Assembly (NCBI GenBank): GCA_002269645.1
Contig: NIVC01000620.1
Span: forward strand, 248,001 to 312,000
DNA: 64,000 nt
Direction of reading: 5' to 3'
Origin: Macrostomum lignano
Lineage: Eukaryota
Shown: positions 12,140-21,725 of the stretch, piece by piece
How positions within the stretch are numbered: the first letter of the stretch is position 1
Layout: each line of letters begins with the position of its first letter
The notes under the pieces: generated by a model
Told to the model about the DNA's origin: nothing
The model's database searches: none
Seen by the model: the letters and a program-made list of their open reading frames with translations, nothing else
Made by a program: the position numbers and the translations under genes

Positions 12140-13083
12140 GTCTGATTGACACCAGCATTCGCTTCCTGCCCCATTAGGCCATGGCTAAGCGCAAGCTCCA
12201 GCCCCACGCCGACCTCTGCCTCGAGGACTTGAGAGAGACGGCGGCGGGCTCCACGTCTTATCTGACGGCAAACCCCGCACTCTCAACCTCTTGCAGCGCT
12301 ACAAGTTCACCATCCCCTCGAGGGATGCTGCCACTAACCACTGGAATTTCCAGAAGGTTCACTGTTGCACGCGCAGATTCATCAAAGACGGCTACGCCGG
12401 CTTTGGGGTCTACATCATTATCAACGGCCGCGTCATTGCCACGCATGCCCAGCACACTGATAGACTCTCCACGGTCTTCCAGAACGAAGTCCTTGCTATC
12501 AGCTCCTGGGCTGCAGAGCTGAACGCCAAGGGTACGAGAGGAGAGACTATTGTCATCCACTCCGATAGCCAAGCGGCCTTACAGGCCCTTTGCCACACCA
12601 CCACGAACTCCCGGACAGTCGCTGACTGCGCCCGGCAGCTCAACCTCCTGGCGAGTAGCAATACTGTCAGGCTGAAGTGGACCCCAGAGCACGAAGTGTT
12701 TCTGGGGAACGAGTTGGCAGACACCCACGCCAAGAGGCGACCTCGAGAGTGAACTTTGCCCTTTTTGCGAGTACGACAATGAAGATGCTGAGCACTTTGT
12801 TTGTCACTGCCCTTTCTTTCACAGGGACCGGCTACGCTACCTCCGGCGCAACCCGTCCATTGACGAGGTCTGCAAGTCCGACAGCATCCCACGGCTAATC
12901 CAGTTCCTCCGGGCGACAAGACGAGCGACTTTCTTCCACATACGAAAGATCACGCTGTGGGACAGACCTCCCTGACCGGCCCCACGCCTCTGCCTGTCTG
13001 CGGGCCTTCAGGGGCTAGCGAAATGGACGACCCTTGCCTCCCTAATGTGTCTACGGACCACCCTGCAGCTAAGTAAAGTAAAG
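12140..13083 (+). mobile_element. 5'-truncated, internally deleted non-LTR retrotransposon (RNase H + CCHC; I/Loa/R1-type LINE) with short AAGTA repeat tail
   Basis: RNase HI motifs STVFQNE, IHSDSQAALQAL, LKWTPEH..GNELAD at 12291-12752 (first catalytic Asp region frameshifted), followed after a break by CPFC-x8-H-x4-C (CPFCEYDNEDAEHFVCHC); ends ctaagtaaagtaaag. 5' boundary approximate. Confidence 0.85.
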
Positions 13084-13220
13084 CTATAGAATCAAAAACA
13101 TGCTTTGCAATTTCTTTAAAAATGACAGGGCAAAAAACAGTCAGCATTAATCACCAGTAATCAAATTGGATTAACCAACCGGAGGCACTAAACCCAAGAG
13201 TCTTGGATGCTACTCGTCAA

Positions 13221-14009
13221 TCACATCAATGCCTTCATTGACTTGTCAATGTACCGCACTTCATTAGGCGGCATGATGCTCACAGCGTAACCATTGAACT
13301 GCTGAGGATCTTCAATCAGTCGAACGAACTGATCTGTCAGTAGGGACATCGGAATGAAACCTTGATTCTCAGCCATCTTCTTTTTAAGCTCGTCCGGCAT
13401 CAGAGTTGATTTGTCTCCCAGTTTAAAGCACTTCGTTGCCATGTCAGTCAGAATTAGGGCAGGACACAGGCAGTTGAATCGAATTCCGTGTGTACTCAAG
13501 TGCGGCTCAGACCCCATGGAGCCGGTCCAACCCACCACAGCGTGCTTCGAAGCTGTATAAGAAGGCAAGTAGGAGGATGTGTACAGACTAGCAACACTGG
13601 CCGTGTTGATCACCACACCGCCGTGACCTCCGTTCTTCTTCGACATGAATTCGATGGCTAGTTGAGTGCCATAAATCACTCCTTTCACGTTCACGTCGAT
13701 GGTCAAGTCCGGGTCCGCCTCGTTCATCACTCCGGCATTGTTCACCACAATGTCGATTCGACCGTCCAGCTCGATGGCCTTCTGAAAGGCGCGTCGCAGC
13801 TCGGCCCTGTCCGTCACGCTGCACCGGACAAAGTGGCACCGGCTCGAGCCGTGCGTCTCGTTTAGCTCCTGCACGGCCTGACCTCCCGTCGCTTCGTTCA
13901 GGTCGGCGACGATCACCCGGCGGGCCTGGCGGACCAGCAGCGACCCCGCGATGGCCCGTCCGATGCCGCGTCCGCCGCCCGTTACTATGGCAACGGAGTT
14001 GCGAATCAT
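13221..14009 (-). CDS. HPGD-like SDR, copy 4 (262 aa)
   Basis: Same motifs (YTASK); intact ORF. Confidence 0.93.
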   Translation of the reverse strand: MIRNSVAIVTGGGRGIGRAIAGSLLVRQARRVIVADLNEATGGQAVQELNETHGSSRCHFVRCSVTDRAELRRAFQKAIELDGRIDIVVNNAGVMNEADPDLTIDVNVKGVIYGTQLAIEFMSKKNGGHGGVVINTASVASLYTSSYLPSYTASKHAVVGWTGSMGSEPHLSTHGIRFNCLCPALILTDMATKCFKLGDKSTLMPDELKKKMAENQGFIPMSLLTDQFVRLIEDPQQFNGYAVSIMPPNEVRYIDKSMKALM

Positions 14010-14681
14010 GCTTTCGCTGCTGGTGCTGGAATGCGTCAGAAATTCATGCTTTTCTAGGTCAGGGTTTGTTCAGTCACAGACAGGCACACAATGTCACAGA
14101 TTAGTCATTTATTGACAATTAGGTCTATTTAACTACTATGTATACGTACGAGTATATCTTACGCCCAACTGCAAAAACTGTTGAAGATTGATGGTTATTA
14201 GAATAGTACTAGAAGTAGCATATTTACTTTGTCATACTTTTTACAATTGGATTTAAAAGAAGCAAATATAGCTTCGCAATTTTAAATTTTTTATTGATTC
14301 TTTTTACTTATAAACTACTGAGCCATGAAGAAGGGAAGGACGGTTCCTACCTCTAGTTAGACAGGCATGGTGAAAAAGTGCAACATTAATTAATAATTTC
14401 TTTTATTAATACGATTACGATTCGAAATACGATTTCGGTATGATAGCCTCGCCCAATCACTCTTAACCTCATCTTGAAAAAGATCGCAAAGTGTAACCAC
14501 AATCCACAAATTTCAGCGCAGTAACAAAGTAAGACATTAATGAATTTTTTTTAACTTTGGAAGTTTAGCAAGGACCACTGAAAATTTCTAGTTACTAGGC
14601 GCTATTTTTAGATTATGCTATAAATAGAATTAGGAGAGATCTGGAACTTGAAACGAAACGGTTGTTAAAAGAATGTAGAGT

Positions 14682-15005
14682 GGGGTGGCCGTAGCCAGTG
14701 GCCTAGTGCTCTGATGTGCCAGCGGCCCAGGCTCGATTCCGAGTGCAGTCACATTAATTGGGGGGGGGGGCTAAATTGGGAATCTCGGCTTGGCTCTGCT
14801 CGTGCTATTAACGGGCTTGTGGTGGGCAAACCCTCAAGGCACAGTGAAGTGTTCATTGAACCATAAATAAAGTTGGGGCCGCTGTACACTCCTGTGTGTG
14901 TGCCTGTTGCGTAAGACTTCGGAATGGGCAGTAATGCCTCTCACCTATGGTGGGACAATTTCGCTTCAAGTGGGTGCACACAGCCCCCTGTCTCTATTAA
15001 AACCA
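14682..15005 (+). mobile_element. tRNA-derived SINE, near full length
   Basis: Pol III A-box-like tagccagtgg (14692-14701) and B-box-like ggctcgattcc (14730-14740), unique body, A-rich end; homologous to 17136-17390. Confidence 0.75.
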
Positions 15006-15644
15006 CATTTTTAATAAAAACAATGCATGAAAAGACTAGAAAAAATACAAAACCGGTTGTTACAGATCAAAAAAGTAAAATCAATTAAATAAATTATTAC
15101 TATTTGTTTATTAGTAAGTCATGGGCAGCGCTTTTCAAAATTATCAACACTCAGATATTTTTAGCAGTTTGGTTGTAATCGACCCGACGATACAAAAGAA
15201 GCAGAGGAAGCCCAGCAGACTGAAAGAAAATCAATGGTGGTTTTTAAACAGAATTCCTGATATAATATTGGCCTGCATTATTGGGCGTGATGTTAGAGAA
15301 CTATACTCGGCAACATTGAAAAGTCACCAGCACAGAAGATTCCGTCTGTGATCGCTACTTTTGAGAGTGCAGGTAAAGTCTCTCTCAATCTTTGCGACTG
15401 ACGCAACTTAGCTACGATGCGGCAGACTTGAGTTGAGGAATGAAGTGGGGGAGCGGTGTCCGAGGGTTGGACGGATTAAAGCTACCCCGATCAGTTTTCT
15501 CGCATCTTTAATATTAGAATAGTTCAAAAGAGAAATTGATCACTGGCGCATAGAGTGGCGACTTTCCAATTTTGCCTGATTCTCTAAACACTACTTTGAC
15601 ATAGAAAAAATTCAGAAGCTCTGTCTGACTTGATGCTCCCAGCA

Positions 15645-16433
15645 TCACATCAACGCCTTCATCGACTTGTCAATGTATCGGACCTGATCAGGCGGCAGGA
15701 TGCACACAGCGTAACCATTGAACTGCTGAGGATCTTCAATGAGTCGAATAAATTGATCTGTCAGTACAGAAATCGGAATGAGCACTTGTTTATCAGCCAT
15801 TTTCTGCTTCAACCGATCCGACATCAATGTGGCTCCGCTGCCTGGTTTCAGAGAATCGGTGATCATGTCAGTCAAAATGAAGGCAGGGCAGAGGCAGTTG
15901 AATCGAATTCCGTGTGTACTCAAGTGCGGCTCAGAACCCATGGAGCCGGTCCAACCCACCACAGCGTGCTTCGATGCTGAGTAAGCTGGACCAAATGATG
16001 ACGTGAACAGACCAGCTGCACTGGCCGTGTTGATCACCACACCGCCGTGACCTCCGTTCTTTTTCGACATGAACTCGATGGCTAGTTGAGTGCCATAAAT
16101 CACGCCTTTCACGTTCACGTCGATGGTCAGGCCCGGGTCCGCCTCGTTCATCACTCCGGCATTGTTCACTACAATGTCGACTCGACCGTCCAGCTCGATG
16201 GCTTTCTGAAAGGCGCGTCGCAGCTCTGCCCTGTCCGTCACGCTGCACCGGACAAAGTGGCACCGGCCCGAGCCGTGCGTCTCGTTTAGCTCCTGCACGG
16301 CCTGACCTCCCGTCGCTTCGTTCAGGTCGGCGACGATCACCCGGCGGGCCTGGCGGACCAGCAGCGACTCCGCGATGGCCCGTCCGATGCCGCGGCCGCC
16401 GCCTGTCACTATGGCAACGGAGTTGCGAATCAT
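15645..16433 (-). CDS. HPGD-like SDR, copy 5 (262 aa)
   Basis: Same motifs (YSASK); intact ORF. Confidence 0.93.
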   Translation of the reverse strand: MIRNSVAIVTGGGRGIGRAIAESLLVRQARRVIVADLNEATGGQAVQELNETHGSGRCHFVRCSVTDRAELRRAFQKAIELDGRVDIVVNNAGVMNEADPGLTIDVNVKGVIYGTQLAIEFMSKKNGGHGGVVINTASAAGLFTSSFGPAYSASKHAVVGWTGSMGSEPHLSTHGIRFNCLCPAFILTDMITDSLKPGSGATLMSDRLKQKMADKQVLIPISVLTDQFIRLIEDPQQFNGYAVCILPPDQVRYIDKSMKALM

Positions 16434-16647
16434 GCTTTCGCTGCTGCTGCTGCTGACAGAGTTGTTGTCAAGATTGTTTAGTAAATCGAATTTTAAAGAC
16501 CTTTAAGACTTTAAAGAACTTTAAAGATTTAAAACAGGCTGCTTAATCGAACTCTAAACATATGAATGGCCTGCCAAAAAACAATTGACATTGACACTTT
16601 GATTTCAGCAAAACCAGAACGCACAGTGGAAACCCGGAGCAATCCTA

Positions 16648-16740
16648 CGTACCAGAGGCGCCAGCACCAGAGGCGCCAGCACCAGAGGCGCCAGCACCAG
16701 AGGCGCCAGCACCAGAGGCGCCAGCACCAGAGGCGCCAGA
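16648..16740. repeat. Six copies of 15-bp accagaggcgccagc, related to the 33.7-36.1 kb array
   Basis: Direct reading; 1 mismatch to the GCC variant of the large array. Confidence 0.9.
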
Positions 16741-17135
16741 TAACGGATAAATTAATAACTAATAGTTTCAAACTTTTAGTTTGAACTAGTACTGAAACTC
16801 GTAAACTCAATACTAAATTAATATTGTTAATAAGCAAATTCAATTAACACTAGAGACAATAAATAAATATTTAGAATGAGTCAGCTTATATTTAAATGAC
16901 AGAGAAAAATGGCAAACGCTTAATGCAGTTAGTTCGATAAACTACAACTACTAAATAAATTTGTATTTTAAAAGCTAAATTGAGCTAATCAGAAGCTAAA
17001 CACTGGAAAACTGTGCGAATTTCTCACTTGGAAGTCGAGTTTTACAGTGAAACTGAAATTCAATTAAATGAGAAGTTGTCAGTTTTATTTACTCTACCTA
17101 CGGTGAAAATGAGCTTAAATTAAGAAATTTGCATA

Positions 17136-17391
17136 GGGAGGCCGTAGTCCAGTGGTCTAGCGCAATGCTCTGATGTGCCAGCGGCCCAGGCTCGATTCCA
17201 AGTGCAGTCACATCAATTTGGGGCTAAATTGAAATCTTGGCTTGGCTCTGCTCGTGTAATTAACGCCTTTAAGGATCCACCCGCAAAACACAGTGATTAA
17301 TAAAGTTGGGGCCGCTGTACACTCCTGTGAGTGTGTGCCTGTGCGTAATGCATCTTACTGGTTGTGTGAAAAAGTCGTTTAGCACATAAAA
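17136..17391 (+). mobile_element. tRNA-derived SINE, shortened copy with 14-bp TSD
   Basis: A-box tagtccagtgg 17145-17155, B-box ggctcgattcc 17189-17199; flanking aagaaatttgcata (17122-17135) and aagaaattcgcaca (17392-17405), 12/14 identical. Confidence 0.78.
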
Positions 17392-17463
17392 AAGAAATTC
17401 GCACAATATTTCCGAGTTCAGCCCCTCTCCTACCTCAGTTTGCACCTGTGCTCACTGCTCACG

Positions 17464-19488
17464 CTAGACTGTGCACCGGCACAAAGGATCTTTAAGTCCC
17501 AGCGAAGGTCCATAATCAGACTCAGCTGACGGGTCATCAAACAGTCGCACAATCTGCCTGCCAGAGCTCTGGGTCGGCCGGTTCAACGTCTGCCACAGGT
17601 CCGCTGTCCAACTCTTCGAATCAGCCTGCTCATGCAGCTCCTGACCCAGCTCAGACTGTGGCGGCACGCACGCCTCAAGCCGCACAACCTGCCAGCCGGC
17701 ATCTCCGCCATCATCTTGCAGACGTTTGCCATAGACAAACAGGCAGCCGCACTGATTGCACTTGTCCGCAACCAGGATTCGATGAAATTCCACTGCACTG
17801 GCCGGGTTCCAGTCTGTGTCGCGGTTTGACAGCCGGTCAAAATTGAGTCCAATATTGGACAGACTCTCTGCCTCATCTGATAGGCGGCAGTGCAGTGGTA
17901 GACTGTACAGTCTATTAGCCTGAGGGATTTTTTAGTTGAGTTGACATTTAAGTTAGCTCATTGTGATTCAAAACCTGATTTGAGAGCAGTTGATTTGATG
18001 CAAAATCTGCAGATTTGAGAGCAGTTGATTTGATGCAAAATCTGCAGATTTGAGAGCTGTTGATTTGATGATGCAAAATCTGCAGATTTGAGAGCAGTTG
18101 ATTTGATGATGCAAAATCTGCAGATTTGAGAGCAGTTGATTTGATGATGCAAAATCTGCAGATTTGAGAGCAGTTGATTTGATGCAAAATCTGCAGATTT
18201 GAGAGCAGTTAATTTGATGCAAATCCTGCAGATTTGAGAGCAGTTAATTTGATGCAAATCCTGCAGATTTGAGCATTTGATATGATGCAAAATCTGCAGA
18301 TTTGAGAGCTGTTGATTTGATGATGCAAAATCTGCAGATTTGAGAGCTGTTGATTTGATGATGCAAAATCTGCAGATTTGAGAGCAGTTGATTTGATGAT
18401 GCAAAATCTGCAGATTTGAGAGCAGTTGATTTGATGATGCAAAACCTGCAGATTTGAGAGCAGTTGATTTGATGATGCAAAACCTGATTTGAGAGCAGTT
18501 TTTTTGATGATGCAAAACCTGCAGATTTGAGAGCAGTTGATTTGATGATGCAAAACCTGCAGATTTGAGAGCAGTTGATTTGATGCAAAACCTGCAGATT
18601 TGAGAGCAGTTGATTTGATGATGCAAAATCTGCAGATTTGAGAGCAGTTGATTTGATGATGCAAAATCTGCAGATTTGAGAGCAGTTGATTTGATGCAAA
18701 ACCTGCAGATTTGAGCAGTTGATCCATTAATCACAGCATCTCACCATTTGACTAGAATTGGCCAAGCTCAAAGCCAAACTCGCCAGTTTCTCTCGCTGCT
18801 CCAGTCGTTCTCTGGTGCGCTGCCTGCTTCGCCAAAACATATAGGAAACGGCGCCCATGGAGACGCAGGTGAACAGGTAGCCAAAAAGTTTGACGGGCCG
18901 GCTCAGGAGCGGCTGGGACAGGCCGCCCCGCGACTGAGCAGAGGCAGATCGCTTCTGGGCACGCTGTGGGGGGGGGGGGGGAGAATTCGGTTTGATGCCT
19001 GGTTGGCACTGAGGATATGGGAGGCTGGCCCAGCAACTGAGGATATGGGAGGCTGGCCCAACAACTGAGGATCTGGGAGGCTGGCCCAGCAACTGAGGAT
19101 CTGGGAGGCTGGCCCAGCAACTGAGGATCTGGGAGGCTGGCCCAGCAACTGAGGATTTGGGAGGCTGGCCCAGCAACTAAGGATCTGGGAGGCTGGCCCA
19201 GCAACTGAGGATCTGGGAGGCTGGCCCAGCAACTGAGGATCTGGGAGGCTGGCCCAGCAACTGAGGATCTGGGAGGCTGGCCCAGCAACTAAGGATCTGG
19301 GAGGCTGGCCCAGCAACTGAGGATCTGGGAGGCTGGCCCAGCAACTGAGGATCTGGGAGGCTGGACCAGCAACTGAGGATCTGGGAGGATAGCGGTGGCT
19401 CAGCAACTGAGGATCTGAGAGGGCGACGATGGCTTTGCAGTTCAAAAAACAATAAACATTTGTAAAAAATTACTGCAAATACATTCAT
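17464..19488 (-). CDS. Divergent Coa1/Tim21-family mitochondrial membrane protein (COA1 paralog), about 229 aa; exons 19474-19488, 18745-18963, 17464-17919
   Basis: Phase-0 GT/AG junctions give MNVFA|RAQKR...LFGYLFTCVSMGAVSYMFWR (TM)...LASLALSLANSSQM|ANRLYSLP...DWNPASAVEFHRILV...GCLFVYGKR...WQVVRLEACVP. This aligns by eye with the neighbouring COA1 (SWTPKSA...GYLYIWAKK...WQIERLDLALP). The 15-nt first coding exon is the least certain part. Confidence 0.65.
17975..18722. repeat. 35/38-bp minisatellite (gatttgagagcagttgatttgat(gat)gcaaaatctgca) filling intron 2 of the COA1-like gene
   Basis: About 20 units between the donor at 18744 and the acceptor at 17920. Confidence 0.95.
19008..19420. repeat. 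28-bp minisatellite (ctgaggatctgggaggctggcccagcaa) in intron 1 of the COA1-like gene
   Basis: About 14 units; same unit as 22740-23665. Confidence 0.96.
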
Positions 19489-19742
19489 ATGCTAAAGTAA
19501 GAGAAATGCAATTTATTTAATCTTGTTATAAAGCACTAAATGATGCAGTCACAATAGGCAAACACACAATCGCAACAGTGTTCTAAAACCACAAAGAAAA
19601 AACAATAAGCTTAAGATGTCGTGTGTTAATACTCGTAGATTTATGCTTCGTTTGATAATCGACTATCGGGTAAACAGCCGGAGTAACTATCCGTTAAGCG
19701 ACTCGTCAGCTAACTAGTGCTTTAGATAAAGATTACGCGTTA

Positions 19743-20204
19743 CTAATCAACTTTAGCTTTATCGCTACCGCCTCTATTATAGAAAGTCCATCGACAATTG
19801 CCGCCTTGCAGTTTAGGCAAAGCCAGATCGAGTCTCTCAATTTGCCAAACAGTCTCGTCCGAGTCATCCGGCTCCAGCATGTCAATCTTCTTTGCCCAGA
19901 TGTACAAATAGCCGGAGCTGTGAAACCCATGAACAGGCAGTTTCAGCTTTCTCAGAGCAGATTTCGGTGTCCAAGAATTGAAGCGCTCTTTATCGCCAAA
20001 GAATACAACTCTGCCGGGAGTGACCGGACGGCCGAGGCACTTCTCAACGTGAGGATAGTCGTTAATCAGTTCTAACGCTAATTTTGTGTAGCCAGCCGTG
20101 TGGACTTTGTGCTGCATGTACTTGGTGCCGCTGTACACAACACCGACCATGCCGATTGAGAATACTGCACAGCCGCCTAGGAGACGGGCTGCTTGCATCT
20201 GCAT
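19743..20204 (-). CDS. COA1: Cytochrome c oxidase assembly factor 1 homolog (single coding exon)
   Basis: N-terminal TM, YTKLALELINDYPHVEKCLGRPV and LKLPVHGFHSSGYLYIWAK...WQIERLDL match the recalled human COA1 pattern (YYKLAVEQLQSHPEAQEALGPPL; LKIPVSGSKSEGLLYV; WHLDEVFL). Start at ATG 20204 or 20198. Confidence 0.8.
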   Translation of the reverse strand: MQMQAARLLGGCAVFSIGMVGVVYSGTKYMQHKVHTAGYTKLALELINDYPHVEKCLGRPVTPGRVVFFGDKERFNSWTPKSALRKLKLPVHGFHSSGYLYIWAKKIDMLEPDDSDETVWQIERLDLALPKLQGGNCRWTFYNRGGSDKAKVD

Positions 20205-20279
20205 CACTCTGCTTTGGTGAGTAGATGAGACTGTAATATGCTCTGAAATGCGGCACATTGATCAGCAAGTATGAAGCAT

Positions 20280-20495
20280 CATAGGGAAGTAGATAGGGAA
20301 GAGTAGATACAGAGAGTAGACAGAGGAAAATAGATGAGGGTAGAGAATAGATGACAAATAGCAGATAGGGGTAAGTAGATAAGGGAGAGTTGATAGGGAA
20401 GAGTAGATAGGGGACAGTGGATAGGGGACAGTAGATGACAAAGTAGATATGGGAGAGTAGATATGGAAGAGTAGATGACAGAGTAGAGTAGACAG

Positions 20496-20562
<67 letters not shown>

Positions 20563-20740
20563 AGGTAGGGGAAGTTTGAAGATTGGATTGATACGATAGA
20601 GTAGATAGGGAAGGGTAGATAATATGAGTAGTCAGTTAAAAAAAGACAAGATAAAGTACAATAGAGAGAAGATAGAAAAGGTAGATAGAGGATTAGAGTA
20701 GAGATTAGATAAACAAGAAGCAGATAGAGATGGAATAGGG
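20280..20740. repeat. Purine-rich low-complexity tract including (GA)n at 20500-20560; pyrimidine-rich on the sense strand upstream of COA1
   Basis: Direct reading. Confidence 0.85.
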
Positions 20741-21289
20741 TAAGAGGAAGTACTTCTAAAACACAGTGAAATAATTAAGAAATAAAACAGACGACAAATT
20801 CATAACAAAATCAAGTGGCGCATGCAGTTACATCATCAAGAATATGTATTTTTTCATTTATAACAATAAAAAAAATTTGCAGAGCATCTCAATATGAAAA
20901 CAATCAAAGTTGAGGTCAACTCACTCTAGCGTGCAATATTGCAAAGCAATGGTTGAAATAAGTTATTCAAAATACTATATGTTATTATTTAAAGCTTCAT
21001 TATACATGGTGCTTATGAGAGTAGCGAAGTTGACATTAGGAATCATAATTTACTATTCCACACCAGAAAATTTTGCAAAAAAATATTTCAGATAATTAAA
21101 TTACTGTTATTGCACAATATTAGCGCTAAAAATCTTACATTAGACTGCCCATTGAGATTAGTGTGAAAAGTTCGGCGTTTTTATACCGATATGTCGCGTA
21201 AAAACTCTTTATAAAGTATGAAAATGAATTACTAAGTTTTTGGTAAAACACAATTGGATATTAATTGAGTTATTAAATAACTTAATGAT

Positions 21290-21710
21290 TTATCACTCAG
21301 ATTAGCGAGGAATTCCTTACTCAGATTTGCAGGGAATTTCTTACTCAGATTATCGGGGAATTTCTCACCTAGATTAGCGAGGAATTTTTTACTTAGATTA
21401 TCAGGGAATTTCTAGCCTAGATTAGCGGGGAATTTCTCACTTAGATTATCGGGGAATTTCTCACCTAGATTAGCGAGGAATTCCTCACTTAGATTATCGG
21501 GTAATTTCGCACCTAGATAATCAGGGACAGGGAGTTCCTCACTTAGATTATCGGGGAATTTCTCACTCAGATTATCAGGAAATTCCTCACTTAGATTAAC
21601 AGGGAATTTCTCACTCAGATTATCAGGAAATTCCTCACTTAGATTATCGGGGAATTTCTCACTTAGATTATCGGGATAATTTTCAGTTAGTTTATCAGGG
21701 AATTTCTCAA
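21290..21710. repeat. 24-bp minisatellite (agattatcggggaatttctcactt) immediately 3' of the TBCK stop
   Basis: About 17 imperfect units. Confidence 0.9.
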
Positions 21711-21725
21711 ATCTCTAAAAAAGCA

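Noticed and set aside
14682-14760. tRNA gene (also at 17136)
   Set aside because: A and B boxes are present but there is no acceptor-stem pairing, anticodon arm or T-run terminator; it continues into a shared non-tRNA body, so it is called a SINE.
7434-16289. Plus-strand ORFs antisense to the SDR genes (184, 194, 173 aa and shorter)
   Set aside because: Shadow ORFs of GC-rich coding sequence; lengths and starts are not conserved among copies.
7032-16433. SDR array as an assembly or haplotype artefact
   Set aside because: Copies differ at many coding sites and have distinct, partly TE-interrupted spacers.
19743-19760. Fusion of COA1 and the paralog into one two-domain protein via AAA|GTTGAT
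   Set aside because: The frame is compatible but the donor is weak, and a better micro-exon with its own ATG, acceptor and GTAATT donor exists; only transcript data could revive it.
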